Made by a program: the position numbers and the translations under genes
Notes under the pieces: generated by a model
The model's database searches: none
Seen by the model: only the letters and a program-made list of their open reading frames with translations
What the model was told of the DNA's origin: nothing
Shown here: positions 39,131-49,930 of the stretch, in pieces
How positions within the stretch are numbered: the stretch's first letter is position 1
Layout: each line of letters starts with the position of its first letter
Origin: Anaerolineae bacterium
GTDB taxonomy: Bacteria > Chloroflexota > Anaerolineae > B4-G1 > DUEL01
Assembly (NCBI GenBank): GCA_041082215.1
Contig: JBDOIF010000118.1
Span: 1-64,000 of the forward strand
DNA: 64,000 nucleotides
Direction of reading: 5' to 3'

Positions 39131-40158
39131 GGACCTTGACAGATTATACCCCGCTATTCTCAACCTATGCTCCACAACCTTTCTGGCTCGACCGCCCGGT
39201 TTTGATCACCGGCTGCGCCGGCCTCCTGGGGTCATGGCTCACCATAGCCCTGACCAACGCTGGTGCCCAGGTGGTGGGTTTGATCCGGGACGAGGTGCCC
39301 CATTCCCACCTCTACCGCTCCGGCTACCTGAACCGCATCTCCATCGTCCGGGGGGATGTGACTGACTACGAGCTGATGGAACGGACACTCAACGAGTACG
39401 AGATCGAAGCGGTCTTCCACCTGGCTGCCCAGACCATCGTCGCCATCGCCAACCGCGCCCCCCTCTCCACTTTCGAGACCAACATCAAGGGCACCTGGAC
39501 CGTGCTGGAAGCTGCCCGCCGCTCCCCCACCGTCCGCCGCATCCTTATCGCCTCCAGCGATAAGGCCTATGGCCCCCTGCCCACTCTCCCATATACAGAA
39601 GAGATGCCCCTCCACGCCTGCTACCCCTACGACGCCTCCAAAGCCTGCGCCGACCTGCTCGCCCAGACCTACACCGTCACCTACGGCCTGCCGGTAGGCA
39701 TCACCCGCTGCGCCAACCTCTACGGCGGCGGCGATCTGAACTGGAACCGCATCATCCCCGGCACCATCCGCTCCGTCCTCCGCGGCGAACCCCCCATCGT
39801 CCGCTCCGACGGCTCCCCCCTCCGGGATTACCTATACGTCAAAGACGGGGTGCGCGCCTATCTCACCCTGGCAGAACAACTGGACCGGCCCGAGGTCCGG
39901 GGACAGGCCTTCAACTTCGGCACGGACCACCCCTGCTCGGTGCTGGAGATCGTCGAGACGATCATCGCCCAATCCGGTAACCCTGGCCTGAAGCCAGTCG
40001 TCCTGGGCACGGCATCCCACGAACTCCAGGACCAGTATATGGACAGCACCAAAGCCCGCCAGACGCTTGGATGGGAACCGGTCTATTCCCTGGAAGAGGG
40101 GTTGAGGGAGACGGTGGAGTGGTATAGGGAGTTTCTGGGTGACGCGGTGACTGGGTGA
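39121..40158 (+). CDS. NDP(CDP)-glucose 4,6-dehydratase-like SDR
   Basis: GCAGLLG, FHLAAQ, SSDKAY, YDASK; start may be TTG at 39136. Confidence 0.8.
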   Translation: MGVRTLTDYTPLFSTYAPQPFWLDRPVLITGCAGLLGSWLTIALTNAGAQVVGLIRDEVPHSHLYRSGYLNRISIVRGDVTDYELMERTLNEYEIEAVFHLAAQTIVAIANRAPLSTFETNIKGTWTVLEAARRSPTVRRILIASSDKAYGPLPTLPYTEEMPLHACYPYDASKACADLLAQTYTVTYGLPVGITRCANLYGGGDLNWNRIIPGTIRSVLRGEPPIVRSDGSPLRDYLYVKDGVRAYLTLAEQLDRPEVRGQAFNFGTDHPCSVLEIVETIIAQSGNPGLKPVVLGTASHELQDQYMDSTKARQTLGWEPVYSLEEGLRETVEWYREFLGDAVTG

Positions 40159-40162
40159 CTCG

Positions 40163-41128
40163 GTGGCTGGGACCTTGCAACCTGCAACTCGTATTCTGAT
40201 CACCGGTGCGACGGGGTTCATCGGCCAGCACCTGACCCGACGGCTGGTCGAAGCTGGGGCGGAGGTCCGGGCAGGGGTGTTCCCGGAAGAGCCGCCGGAA
40301 CGGGCCAACCGGCTGCCCGAGGGAGCCGTTCCCATCCCTCTGGATGTGCGGGACCCCCAGAGCGTAGCCGGGGCTGTGCGCAGCAGCTCGCCAGAGGTGG
40401 TCTTCCACCTGGCCGCCGTGGGCGCTACCGAGCCGGGCATTCCCCCCCTCCCCGCCCTGCGGGTGAACGTCGAGGGGACGGTCCATCTGCTGGAGGCCCT
40501 GCACAGACAGGGGGTGCAGCGGGTCGTGCTGGTGGGGACCTGCCACGAGTACGGCGCCCGGGAGGCCCGGGAGGGGCTTGACCCCTTCAACTTCTACGCC
40601 GCCTCCAAGGCTGCCGCCTGGGCTTTCGCGCGGGCCTACTGGCGGGCCTGCGGCCTGCCCGTTGTGACCGTCCGCCTCTTCCAGGTCTACGGCCCCGGCC
40701 AGCCGGCCCAGACGTTGATCCCCTCCGCCATCCGGGCCGCCCTCTCCGGAGCGGACTTCCGGATGACGCCGGGGGAGCAACAGCGGGATTTCATCTATGT
40801 GGAAGATGTAGTGGAAGGGCTGATGGCCGCGGCCACCGCACCCTCCATCGAAGGGGAGAGCCTGGACCTGGGGACAGGGCGGGCCTGCTCCATCCTCCAG
40901 GCGGTGGAACGCATCTGGGAACTGACAGGGGCCAGGGGCCGCATTCTGGCCGGCGCCATCCCTTACCGGCCCGGCGAGGTGATGCGCTTCGTCGCCGACG
41001 CCGACCACACTGCCCGGCTCACCGGCTGGCGGGCTGCCGTTGATCTGGAGGAAGGGCTGCGGAGGACGATCTATGAGATTCGGAGACACGGGGACGCGGA
41101 GACACGGAGACGCGGGGATTCAGGATGA
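40163..41128 (+). CDS. NAD-dependent epimerase/4-reductase (abequose/paratose synthase-like)
   Basis: GATGFIG, YAASK, RDFIYVED; context between rfbG-like gene and rfbH. Confidence 0.75.
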   Translation: MAGTLQPATRILITGATGFIGQHLTRRLVEAGAEVRAGVFPEEPPERANRLPEGAVPIPLDVRDPQSVAGAVRSSSPEVVFHLAAVGATEPGIPPLPALRVNVEGTVHLLEALHRQGVQRVVLVGTCHEYGAREAREGLDPFNFYAASKAAAWAFARAYWRACGLPVVTVRLFQVYGPGQPAQTLIPSAIRAALSGADFRMTPGEQQRDFIYVEDVVEGLMAAATAPSIEGESLDLGTGRACSILQAVERIWELTGARGRILAGAIPYRPGEVMRFVADADHTARLTGWRAAVDLEEGLRRTIYEIRRHGDAETRRRGDSG

Positions 41129-42468
41129 ACCACAACCTTGAATCGCAGACCTCGGACCCACAGGAGTTGCGCCAGCGGATTCGGGAGCTGGTGGCCGAAT
41201 ACTACCGCGCGGTCCATGCCTCCGTCCCCTTCACACCCGGTCGGACCCGCGTCCAATACGCCGGCCGCGTCTACGACGAGCGGGAGCTGATCGCTATTGT
41301 GGAAGCCGCCCTCGACTTCTGGCTCAGCGCCGGCCCCCGGGCCGAGGCCTTCGAGGACGGTCTGGCCCGCTTCCTGGGCCTCCATCACGCGCTGGCGGTC
41401 AACTCCGGCTCCTCGGCCAACCTGGTCGCCATCGCCGCCCTCCGTTCCCCCCGTCTGGCACGCCCCCTCCAGCCCGGCGACGAGGTCATCACCGCGGCCG
41501 CTGGCTTCCCCACCACCGTCGCCCCCATCCTCCAGAACGGGCTGGTGCCGGTGTTCGTGGATTGCGAGCTGGGGACCTACAACCTGGACCCCAACCAGTT
41601 GGAGGCCGCCCTGTCGGAGCGGACCCGGGCCATCTTCCTGGCCCATACGCTGGGCAACCCGGTCCATATGGAGCCGGTGATGGCCTTTGCCCGCCAGCAC
41701 GGGCTGTACGTTATCGAGGATGCCTGTGACGCGCTCGGCTCCCTCTACGATGGACGAATGGTGGGCACCTTCGGGGACCTGGCCACTCTGAGTTTCTATC
41801 CCGCCCACCACATCACCACCGGCGAGGGAGGGGCCGTCGTCACCGACGACCCGACACTGGCCCGCATCGTCCAGAGCATCCGGGATTGGGGCCGGGATTG
41901 CCATTGCCGTCACAACAGCCCTCCTACCGGCGCCTGCGGCCGCCGCTTTGAATGGAGGATTCCCGGCCTGGATGAACCCTACGACCACCGCTACCTCTTC
42001 GTGGAGGTCGGCTATAACCTGAAGATGACCGACCTTCAGGCCGCCGTCGGGCTGGCCCAACTGGAAAAGCTGCCCTCTTTCATCGCCGCCCGCCGCCGCA
42101 ACTTCGAGCGGCTGTACGACGGGCTGAAACCCTACGAGGAGTTCCTGCTCCTCCCCACCTGGAGCCAGCGGGCCGAGCCTTCCTGGTTTGCCCTCCCCAT
42201 TACCGTCCGTCCCACCGCCCCCTTCTCCCGCCGCGACCTCACCACCTTCCTGGAGGCCCACAACATCGAGACCCGGCTCCTCTTCGCCGGCAACATCGTC
42301 CGCCAGCCCGGCTATCGGGACATCCCCCACCGCGCCGTCGGCGACCTCCCCAACTCCGACCAGGTCCTCCGCTCTTCCTTCTTCATCGGCGTTTACCCCG
42401 GACTGGACGAGGAACGTATCGCCTACGTGCTGGGGGTTTTTGAGGATTTCTTCAGACGTGAAGCGTGA
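41125..42468 (+). CDS. rfbH: CDP-4-keto-6-deoxyglucose 3-dehydratase (E1, RfbH/DdhC)
   Basis: NSGSSAN, HTLGNP, EDACDALG, SFYPAHHITTGEGG (His replacing the PLP Lys), RDWGRDCHC. Confidence 0.92.
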   Translation: MNHNLESQTSDPQELRQRIRELVAEYYRAVHASVPFTPGRTRVQYAGRVYDERELIAIVEAALDFWLSAGPRAEAFEDGLARFLGLHHALAVNSGSSANLVAIAALRSPRLARPLQPGDEVITAAAGFPTTVAPILQNGLVPVFVDCELGTYNLDPNQLEAALSERTRAIFLAHTLGNPVHMEPVMAFARQHGLYVIEDACDALGSLYDGRMVGTFGDLATLSFYPAHHITTGEGGAVVTDDPTLARIVQSIRDWGRDCHCRHNSPPTGACGRRFEWRIPGLDEPYDHRYLFVEVGYNLKMTDLQAAVGLAQLEKLPSFIAARRRNFERLYDGLKPYEEFLLLPTWSQRAEPSWFALPITVRPTAPFSRRDLTTFLEAHNIETRLLFAGNIVRQPGYRDIPHRAVGDLPNSDQVLRSSFFIGVYPGLDEERIAYVLGVFEDFFRREA

Positions 42469-42534
42469 AGCGTGAAACGTCAAACGTCAAACGTCAAACG
42501 TCAAACGTCAAACGTCAAACGTCAAACGTCAAAC
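42457..42534. repeat. Heptamer tandem repeat (CGTGAAG)2 followed by (AAACGTC)8
   Basis: Eight perfect AAACGTC copies at 42475-42530. Confidence 0.95.
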
Positions 42535-42549
42535 ACTGGACACAGGACC

Positions 42550-43269
42550 ATGAAACTTTCCGTCATCATCTGCGTCTATAACGAACGGGAAACGATCCAG
42601 ACCGTCCTGGAGCGGGTCCGGGAGGTGGAGCTGGGAGCGGGGTGGGAAAAGGAAATCATTGTCGTAGATAACTTCTCCACTGACGGGACGCGGGAGCTTC
42701 TGCAGGGGCTGGGCCTGCCGGATGTGCGGGTCATTTTCCATCCCCGCAACCTGGGGAAAGGGACCTCAGTCCGCACCGGGCTGGCCAGCGCCACCGGCGA
42801 CTACGCCATTATCCAGGACGCCGATCTGGAGTACGACCCGGCCGAGTACCACCTGTTCCTGGAACGGGTCGGCCCGGAGCGGCCCGCCGCCATCTACGGC
42901 TCCCGCACCCTCGGCGGGCGGGCGGTCTACAAGTACGTGACCAACTATCTGGGGGTCCGCTTCCTCACCTGGCTCACCAACTTTCTCTACGGCGCCCACC
43001 TCACCGATGTGGCGACCGGAGCCAAGATGGTGCGGCTGGACGTGGCCCGCTCCCTCAACCTCACCGGCTCCGGCTTCGACCTGGACTTCGAACTGACCGA
43101 CAAGCTCCTCCGCGCCGGCCACCGTATCGTCGAGGTCCCCATCACCTACCGCCCCCGCACCATCGCCGAGGGGAAGAAGATCCGCCCCTGGGACGGCCTC
43201 TGGGCGCTGAAGGTCATCATCCGGGATCGGCTTCTGCCGATGAACAGGGTTGTGCGGAGGGAAGGATGA
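42550..43269 (+). CDS. GT2 glycosyltransferase (DPM1-like, probable polyprenol-phosphate sugar synthase)
   Basis: VYNE, VDNFSTDGT, NLGKG, IQDADLEYDP, EGKKI. Confidence 0.88.
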   Translation: MKLSVIICVYNERETIQTVLERVREVELGAGWEKEIIVVDNFSTDGTRELLQGLGLPDVRVIFHPRNLGKGTSVRTGLASATGDYAIIQDADLEYDPAEYHLFLERVGPERPAAIYGSRTLGGRAVYKYVTNYLGVRFLTWLTNFLYGAHLTDVATGAKMVRLDVARSLNLTGSGFDLDFELTDKLLRAGHRIVEVPITYRPRTIAEGKKIRPWDGLWALKVIIRDRLLPMNRVVRREG

Positions 43270-44267
43270 ACATCGTTGTGACCGGTTCCATCGCCTACGA
43301 CTATCTGATGCGGTTTCCAGGCCGCTTTGCAGAGCACTTTCTGCCCGACCAGCTCCATCGCGTCTCCCTCAGCTTTCTGGTAGACGAGATGCGACGGCAG
43401 TGGGGAGGATGCGCCGCCAATATCGCCTACAACCTGGCCCTCCTGGGAGAACGGCCCCGCCTGATGGGCACCGTGGGCCAGGACTTTGGCGAATACCGGG
43501 AGCGGCTGGAACGGTGCGGGGTGGATACCTCCCTCACCCGCGAGGAACCAGACCTGTTCACCGCTTCCTTTTTCGCCAACACCGATATGGATGGCAATCA
43601 AATCTGCAGCTTTTATACCGGGGCGATGGCCCGGGCGCGGGAGCTTTCGTTCCACGGACTGGACGCGGGGGAGATCGAGCTGGTGGTCATTTCTCCCAAC
43701 GACCCGGAGGCGATGGTGAGGTATGCCGCCGAGTGCCGGGAGCTGGGCATTCCCTATCTCTACGATCCCAGCCAGCAGATCGTCCGTCTCTCCGGCGAAG
43801 CGCTGCGGGAGGGGCTGGAGGGATGCGATCTGCTGGTGGTCAACGAGTACGAGTTTGAGCTTTTGCAGAAAAAGACAGGACTCAGCGCCGAGGCAGTCCA
43901 ATCCGCTCCCGCCCGCGCCTGTGTGGTGACCCGGAGTGAAGAGGGGTCCCGCATCTGGGCAGCGGGCGTTGTTTACGACATCCCTGCCGTCCCTCCGGAG
44001 CGGGCAGCCGACCCCACCGGCGTCGGCGATGCCTTCCGGGCCGGCCTGATCAAGGGGCTGGCGCTGGGCCTCCCCTGGGAGCTGGCGGGGCGGATGGGGA
44101 GCCTGGCCGCCACCTACGCCCTGGAGGCCCCTGGTCCTCAAAGCCACCGCTACTCGCTCAGAGAGTTCGTCGCCCGCTTCCGCCGCCACTTCGACGACCG
44201 GGGAGCGCTGGCGGCTCTGGCAGAGGAAGAACAGACCCGATCACCCAGTCACCCAATCACCCAATAA
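43266..44267 (+). CDS. PfkB family kinase, actinobacterial-type adenosine kinase
   Basis: VTGSIAYDYLMRFPGRF N-terminus, FYTGAM, DPSQQ, DPTGVGDAFRAG; adjacent to ahcY. Confidence 0.85.
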   Translation: MNIVVTGSIAYDYLMRFPGRFAEHFLPDQLHRVSLSFLVDEMRRQWGGCAANIAYNLALLGERPRLMGTVGQDFGEYRERLERCGVDTSLTREEPDLFTASFFANTDMDGNQICSFYTGAMARARELSFHGLDAGEIELVVISPNDPEAMVRYAAECRELGIPYLYDPSQQIVRLSGEALREGLEGCDLLVVNEYEFELLQKKTGLSAEAVQSAPARACVVTRSEEGSRIWAAGVVYDIPAVPPERAADPTGVGDAFRAGLIKGLALGLPWELAGRMGSLAATYALEAPGPQSHRYSLREFVARFRRHFDDRGALAALAEEEQTRSPSHPITQ

Positions 44268-44275
44268 CCCGGTGA

Positions 44276-45565
<1,290 letters not shown>

Positions 45566-45573
45566 GAACACGA

Positions 45574-47118
45574 ATGGCACAGGATGGCAGGCTCCGAAGC
45601 CCCCATGTCCTGTCGGTAGCGGCGCTGGTCCTGATCGCACTGGCTGCCCGCCTGCTTCCGGGTCCCCGTACTGTGGACGACGCCTACATCACCTTTCGCT
45701 ACGCCCGCAACCTGACGGAGGGGCTGGGCTTCGTCTATAACCCCGGCGAGCGCGTGCTGGGAACGACGACGCCCCTCTACACGCTTCTCCTGAGCGGGAT
45801 CGGGCTGGTCACCGGAGGGCGGGATTTCCCCACAATGGCGATGGTCGTTAACGCGGCGGCGGGGGCTATCTCGGTCCTTCTCCTCTACCTCCTGGGCAGC
45901 CGCTTCTCAGGAGAACGGGGAGTGGGACTGGCAGCAGCCCTCCTGTGGGCCCTGGCCCCCTATTCCGTCACCTTCGCCATCGGCGGGATGGAAACCGACC
46001 TGACTATCGCCCTCATCCTGGCCGCTTTCCTTTCCCACCTGGCAGGCCGGACCTGCCCGATGGCCATCTTTGCCGCGCTGGCCTTTCTGGCGCGGCCCGA
46101 CACCCTCATCGCCGCCGCTCCCCTTTTTCTCGACCTGTGGCTGGCCCGGCGCCGGTTCCCCTGGCGGGAGGCCGGCCTCGCGCTGGGCCTGCTCTCCCCG
46201 TGGCTGATCTTCGCCACGCTTTACTTCGGCAACCCCTTCCCCCTCTCCGTCGCCGCCAAGTCGGCCGCCTACCGTCTTCCCCCCACTGCCGACCTCATCC
46301 GCCTCCTCCAGCACTACGCTACCCCGTTCCACGAATCCCTCGTCCTGCCTCCCCTGGGAGTGGTGCTGGCCTTCGGCTTCTACGTGGGGTTCTCGGCGAT
46401 GGGGGGACTGGTCGCATTCCGCAACAACCGGCGCTCCTGGCCCGTGTCCGCCTACCCTCTGCTCTATGCCGCCGTCTTCGCCGCAGCCAACCCGCTGCTC
46501 TTCCGCTGGTATCTCTCCCCTCCGCTCCCGTCCTATTTCCTCCTCATCCTCACCGGCGTCTGGACCCTGTCCCGCGATGTCGGCCGATGGTGGAAAAGCA
46601 GACGGGGAGAGGATAACCCGGATTCCCCAAAGATGTACCTGCTCCTTCTGCTCTTCACCCTCGCCGCCCTGGGCCTCACGCTGAACGCCTGGACCCTCCG
46701 GCCGGACCACGGGCCGGACCGTCCGGCACCGGAGATGGCCTGGTTCCGGCTGGAGCTGCTCTACCGGCAGGCGGCAGAAACGGTGCGGACATACGCCCGG
46801 GAGGGAGATACGCTGTGCGCGGGGGACATCGGGGTGCTGGGGTACGACACAGGGCTACGGATTCTGGACACGGTGGGGCTGGTGACACCCCAAACGCTGG
46901 ACTACTACCCCACCGACCCCAACATCTACGTCATCAACTACGCCATCCCGGCGGACCTGGTGCTGGGCCTTGACCCCGATTATATCGTCATCCTGGAGGT
47001 CTACGGACAGCGGGGGCTGCTGCCCGATCCCCGCTTCCAGGCCCGCTACCGGCTGCTGGAGAAGATCGAGACCGACATCTACGGCTCAGACGGGCTGCTC
47101 ATCTTTGCCCGGCAGTGA
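45574..47118 (+). CDS. GT-C fold membrane glycosyltransferase-like protein
   Basis: DDAYITFRYARN first-loop acidic motif, GTTTPLY, GMET, RPD, many TMs. Confidence 0.75.
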   Translation: MAQDGRLRSPHVLSVAALVLIALAARLLPGPRTVDDAYITFRYARNLTEGLGFVYNPGERVLGTTTPLYTLLLSGIGLVTGGRDFPTMAMVVNAAAGAISVLLLYLLGSRFSGERGVGLAAALLWALAPYSVTFAIGGMETDLTIALILAAFLSHLAGRTCPMAIFAALAFLARPDTLIAAAPLFLDLWLARRRFPWREAGLALGLLSPWLIFATLYFGNPFPLSVAAKSAAYRLPPTADLIRLLQHYATPFHESLVLPPLGVVLAFGFYVGFSAMGGLVAFRNNRRSWPVSAYPLLYAAVFAAANPLLFRWYLSPPLPSYFLLILTGVWTLSRDVGRWWKSRRGEDNPDSPKMYLLLLLFTLAALGLTLNAWTLRPDHGPDRPAPEMAWFRLELLYRQAAETVRTYAREGDTLCAGDIGVLGYDTGLRILDTVGLVTPQTLDYYPTDPNIYVINYAIPADLVLGLDPDYIVILEVYGQRGLLPDPRFQARYRLLEKIETDIYGSDGLLIFARQ

Positions 47119-48027
47119 CTCACCCCTGTACGCATAGGCCGTACACAGGTCCCCCAGATTGACCGCCACCGGCACTCCCCGCAGCCGCAGTCGGGTGACC
47201 AGCCGCTCCGCTGGGCGGCCCAGCCAGGGGATCAACGCCCCCACCCGGTTCATCAGATACCCCAGCCGCAGATACCGCCCCTGGGCCTGGATGCGCAGCA
47301 CCGAGAAGCCTGCCTTCTCCAGCATCAACCGCAATGTACGGCGGTTAAAATAGTAGAGGTGCATTTCCATCAGCCAGGGCCAGCGTGCTCCCATCAGCCG
47401 GGCGAAAAGGCTCCCGATATCTATAGTGTGGACAATCAGAAGACCCCCCGGCCTGAGGAGGCCATAGACCCTCCGCAGCTCTCCCAGCGGGTCGGTGAGA
47501 TGCTCGATCACATCCCACATCGTCACCACGTCGAAGCCCCCTTCCGGCAGCTCCGCTGTCTCCGTGGTGCCCTGGACCACCTGGAGACCCCGCTTCCGGG
47601 CCTCCTCCACCGCCCAGTGGGAGGGTTCCACCCCCCAGGCGTCCCATCCGTGCCGGGCGGCGATCTCCACGAATACGCCGGTGTAGGCCCCGATGTCCAG
47701 CAGCCGCCGGCCATCCGGCGGGCCGGTGAGCCGCTCCAGCGGCCGCAGGTGATGCTCAAAGGTGAGCACCCGCCCCTCCCGCTCCTCGATGTAGAGGGGG
47801 TCCTTTACCGCCTCGTAGGTCTCCAATATCGTCGCCCCCTCCTGCCGCGGGTTGGCGTAGACCAGCCCGCAACGGCGACACCGGACGATGGTGGGATGCA
47901 CTCCATAGCCGCTATAGGTGCAGCGGTAGGCGGTCCAATCGGCAAGAGAGGGATTGGGTGGAAGGGTGCTGGGGAAACGGACCGCCGCGTCGTCGGCGCC
48001 GCAGAGGTTGCAGGCCACCCGCTCCAT
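47086..48027 (-). CDS. Class I SAM-dependent methyltransferase with N-terminal Zn motif
   Basis: CNLC...CRRCGLVY, LLDIGAYTG, WDVIEHL, HLYYF. Confidence 0.9.
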   Translation of the reverse strand: MERVACNLCGADDAAVRFPSTLPPNPSLADWTAYRCTYSGYGVHPTIVRCRRCGLVYANPRQEGATILETYEAVKDPLYIEEREGRVLTFEHHLRPLERLTGPPDGRRLLDIGAYTGVFVEIAARHGWDAWGVEPSHWAVEEARKRGLQVVQGTTETAELPEGGFDVVTMWDVIEHLTDPLGELRRVYGLLRPGGLLIVHTIDIGSLFARLMGARWPWLMEMHLYYFNRRTLRLMLEKAGFSVLRIQAQGRYLRLGYLMNRVGALIPWLGRPAERLVTRLRLRGVPVAVNLGDLCTAYAYRGESLPGKDEQPV

Positions 48028-48749
48028 CAGCCGTCCTTCCCCCGCAGCCGCGCCCAGGCCAGCCGGAGCACCGTCTGCAGGGCGCGGAGGATCTCCGCCC
48101 GCGAGATCTTCGATCTCCCCAGACGGCGGTTGTCGAAGAGGATGGGCACCTCCCCCACCCGCCAGCCTCGCCGCTGGACGCGATAGAGCATCTCGATCAG
48201 GAAGGAATAGCCGCTGGAACGGATCTCCTCCAGCCCTACCGACTCCAGCACTTCCCGCCGGTAGCAGCGAAACCCTGCCGTGGCATCCCTGGCCTGCAAT
48301 CCCAAAAGCGCCCGTGCGAAGCCGTTGGCCCCCCAGCTCAGGAGGATGCGGGGCCAGGTGCAGTTCCGCGCCCCGCCACCGGGGACATACCGGGAGCCGA
48401 TGACCAGATCGTATCCCGTCTCTGCCTTCTCCACCATCGCCGGGATGTAGCGCGGGTTGTGGGAGAAATCGGCGTCCATCGTGAAGACGTAGTCGGCCCC
48501 TTCCTCCATAGCCCGCCGGAAACCAGCGATGTAGGCGGTCCCCAGCCCCAGCTTTCCCGGCCTGTGGATCACCGACACCCGCCCGTCGCTCTCTGCCGCT
48601 AGCCCCTCTGCCAGCTCGCCAGTACCGTCCGGTGAGTTGTCGTCCACCACGATCACCCGCAGCCCCACCGGCAACCCCAGCAACTGACGCACCAGCAGCT
48701 CGATGTTCTCCCGTTCGTTGTAGGTTGGAATAACAACAACGATGTCCAA
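48027..48749 (-). CDS. Polyprenol monophosphomannose synthase (Ppm1/DPM1-like GT2)
   Basis: PTYNERENI, DDNSPDGT, KLGLGTAY, MDADFSH, DATAGFRC; TTG start at 48749. Confidence 0.9.
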   Translation of the reverse strand: MDIVVVIPTYNERENIELLVRQLLGLPVGLRVIVVDDNSPDGTGELAEGLAAESDGRVSVIHRPGKLGLGTAYIAGFRRAMEEGADYVFTMDADFSHNPRYIPAMVEKAETGYDLVIGSRYVPGGGARNCTWPRILLSWGANGFARALLGLQARDATAGFRCYRREVLESVGLEEIRSSGYSFLIEMLYRVQRRGWRVGEVPILFDNRRLGRSKISRAEILRALQTVLRLAWARLRGKDG

Positions 48750-48832
48750 GAATCCTGCTCCTCTATACAATAAGGAATACGCAATACGGAATACGGGCCA
48801 CTGGCTACGTATTGCGTATTGCGTACTCCGTA

Positions 48833-49930
48833 CTATGCCGGCAACACCCCCTCGTTCAACACCAGCGCCAGCGTCGCCAGCCACACCGTGCTCCAGCGCA
48901 GGACCCGTCTGGAGCGGCGCAGCCCGCCGTAAAGGAGAGTAGCCGCCACCAGGCCGCTCGCCAGCCGGGCCATCGCCAGCGGCTCCCGCCAGGTGGAGTG
49001 GGGCAGGAAGGGCAACACCGCTGCCTGGGCCAGGAGGACCGTTACCCACGGATGTCGCAGCCCCTGCACCAGGTCCCGCAGCGGGGCGACCACCCCCCAC
49101 ACCGCCGGCAGGACGAACAGCGGCCCCTCAATGGCCAGCAGCAGCCAGAAGGCCGGCAGACTGACGGCCGCCACCCGTATCAATCCCCCGAAAGGGATCG
49201 GTTCGAAAGGAGTGGCCATCTCCCCGCCGGACCCCACCCCGGGTTGCCCCAGCCAGGCCCAGAGAACCCCCTGCCAGATAGCGAAGGGGACTCCCACGGT
49301 CAACCCCATCTCTATCCCCTGCCGCCAGCGACGTTCCAGCGCAAGGTACAGCAGCAACCCCACCGCCGCCACCAGTGCTGTCTCCTTCGCCAGCGCCGCC
49401 AGGGCCAGCAGGCCCCCCGTCAGCTTCCAGCGCCGCGCCTCCCACGCCAGCAGCCCCCCCTGAACCAGACCCACCGCCAGCGGCTCCGTCAGGTCCAGCC
49501 GCAGCCCGGCCACCAGGCCGCCGTAGAAGCCGTAGATCAGCGCATACCACGGGGAGACACCCCGCGCCGCCAGCAACCGCTCCGTCGCCCAGGTCCCTCC
49601 CGCCAGCGCCGCCAGGTTGACCGCTATCAGCGTCCAGCCCACCCCCTCCGGGCAGCCCAGCGCCAGCATCCAGGCCAGCAGTGGGAGAAGGACCCGCTGG
49701 TAACGGTAGGCCGGTGCGTCGCAGTGCCGCCAGCCACCCAGCGGATCGCGGGCGATGAAGTAGGCAAACTGGCCGTCATAGCCCGGTGTCCCCTGGGGGT
49801 TCCCTTCTCCATACCGGGTCCCCACCAGCGCAAAGGCCAGCGGGTCTCCCCCGAAGCGGGCAAGGGTGATCCCCACGTAGGCCAGCCCTGCCAGGAGGAC
49901 CACTATCCAGGGCCGCAGCCATCTCCTCAT
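48833..49930 (-). CDS. Membrane protein, putative GT-C-like cell-surface glycopolymer protein
   Basis: GYDGQFAYFIARDP...AYRYQRVL, LTEPLA, AKE motifs, multiple TMs. Confidence 0.65.
   Translation of the reverse strand: MRRWLRPWIVVLLAGLAYVGITLARFGGDPLAFALVGTRYGEGNPQGTPGYDGQFAYFIARDPLGGWRHCDAPAYRYQRVLLPLLAWMLALGCPEGVGWTLIAVNLAALAGGTWATERLLAARGVSPWYALIYGFYGGLVAGLRLDLTEPLAVGLVQGGLLAWEARRWKLTGGLLALAALAKETALVAAVGLLLYLALERRWRQGIEMGLTVGVPFAIWQGVLWAWLGQPGVGSGGEMATPFEPIPFGGLIRVAAVSLPAFWLLLAIEGPLFVLPAVWGVVAPLRDLVQGLRHPWVTVLLAQAAVLPFLPHSTWREPLAMARLASGLVAATLLYGGLRRSRRVLRWSTVWLATLALVLNEGVLPA

Noticed and set aside
42457..42534. Possible CRISPR array
   Set aside because: Contiguous 7-mers without unique spacers; no cas genes in the window
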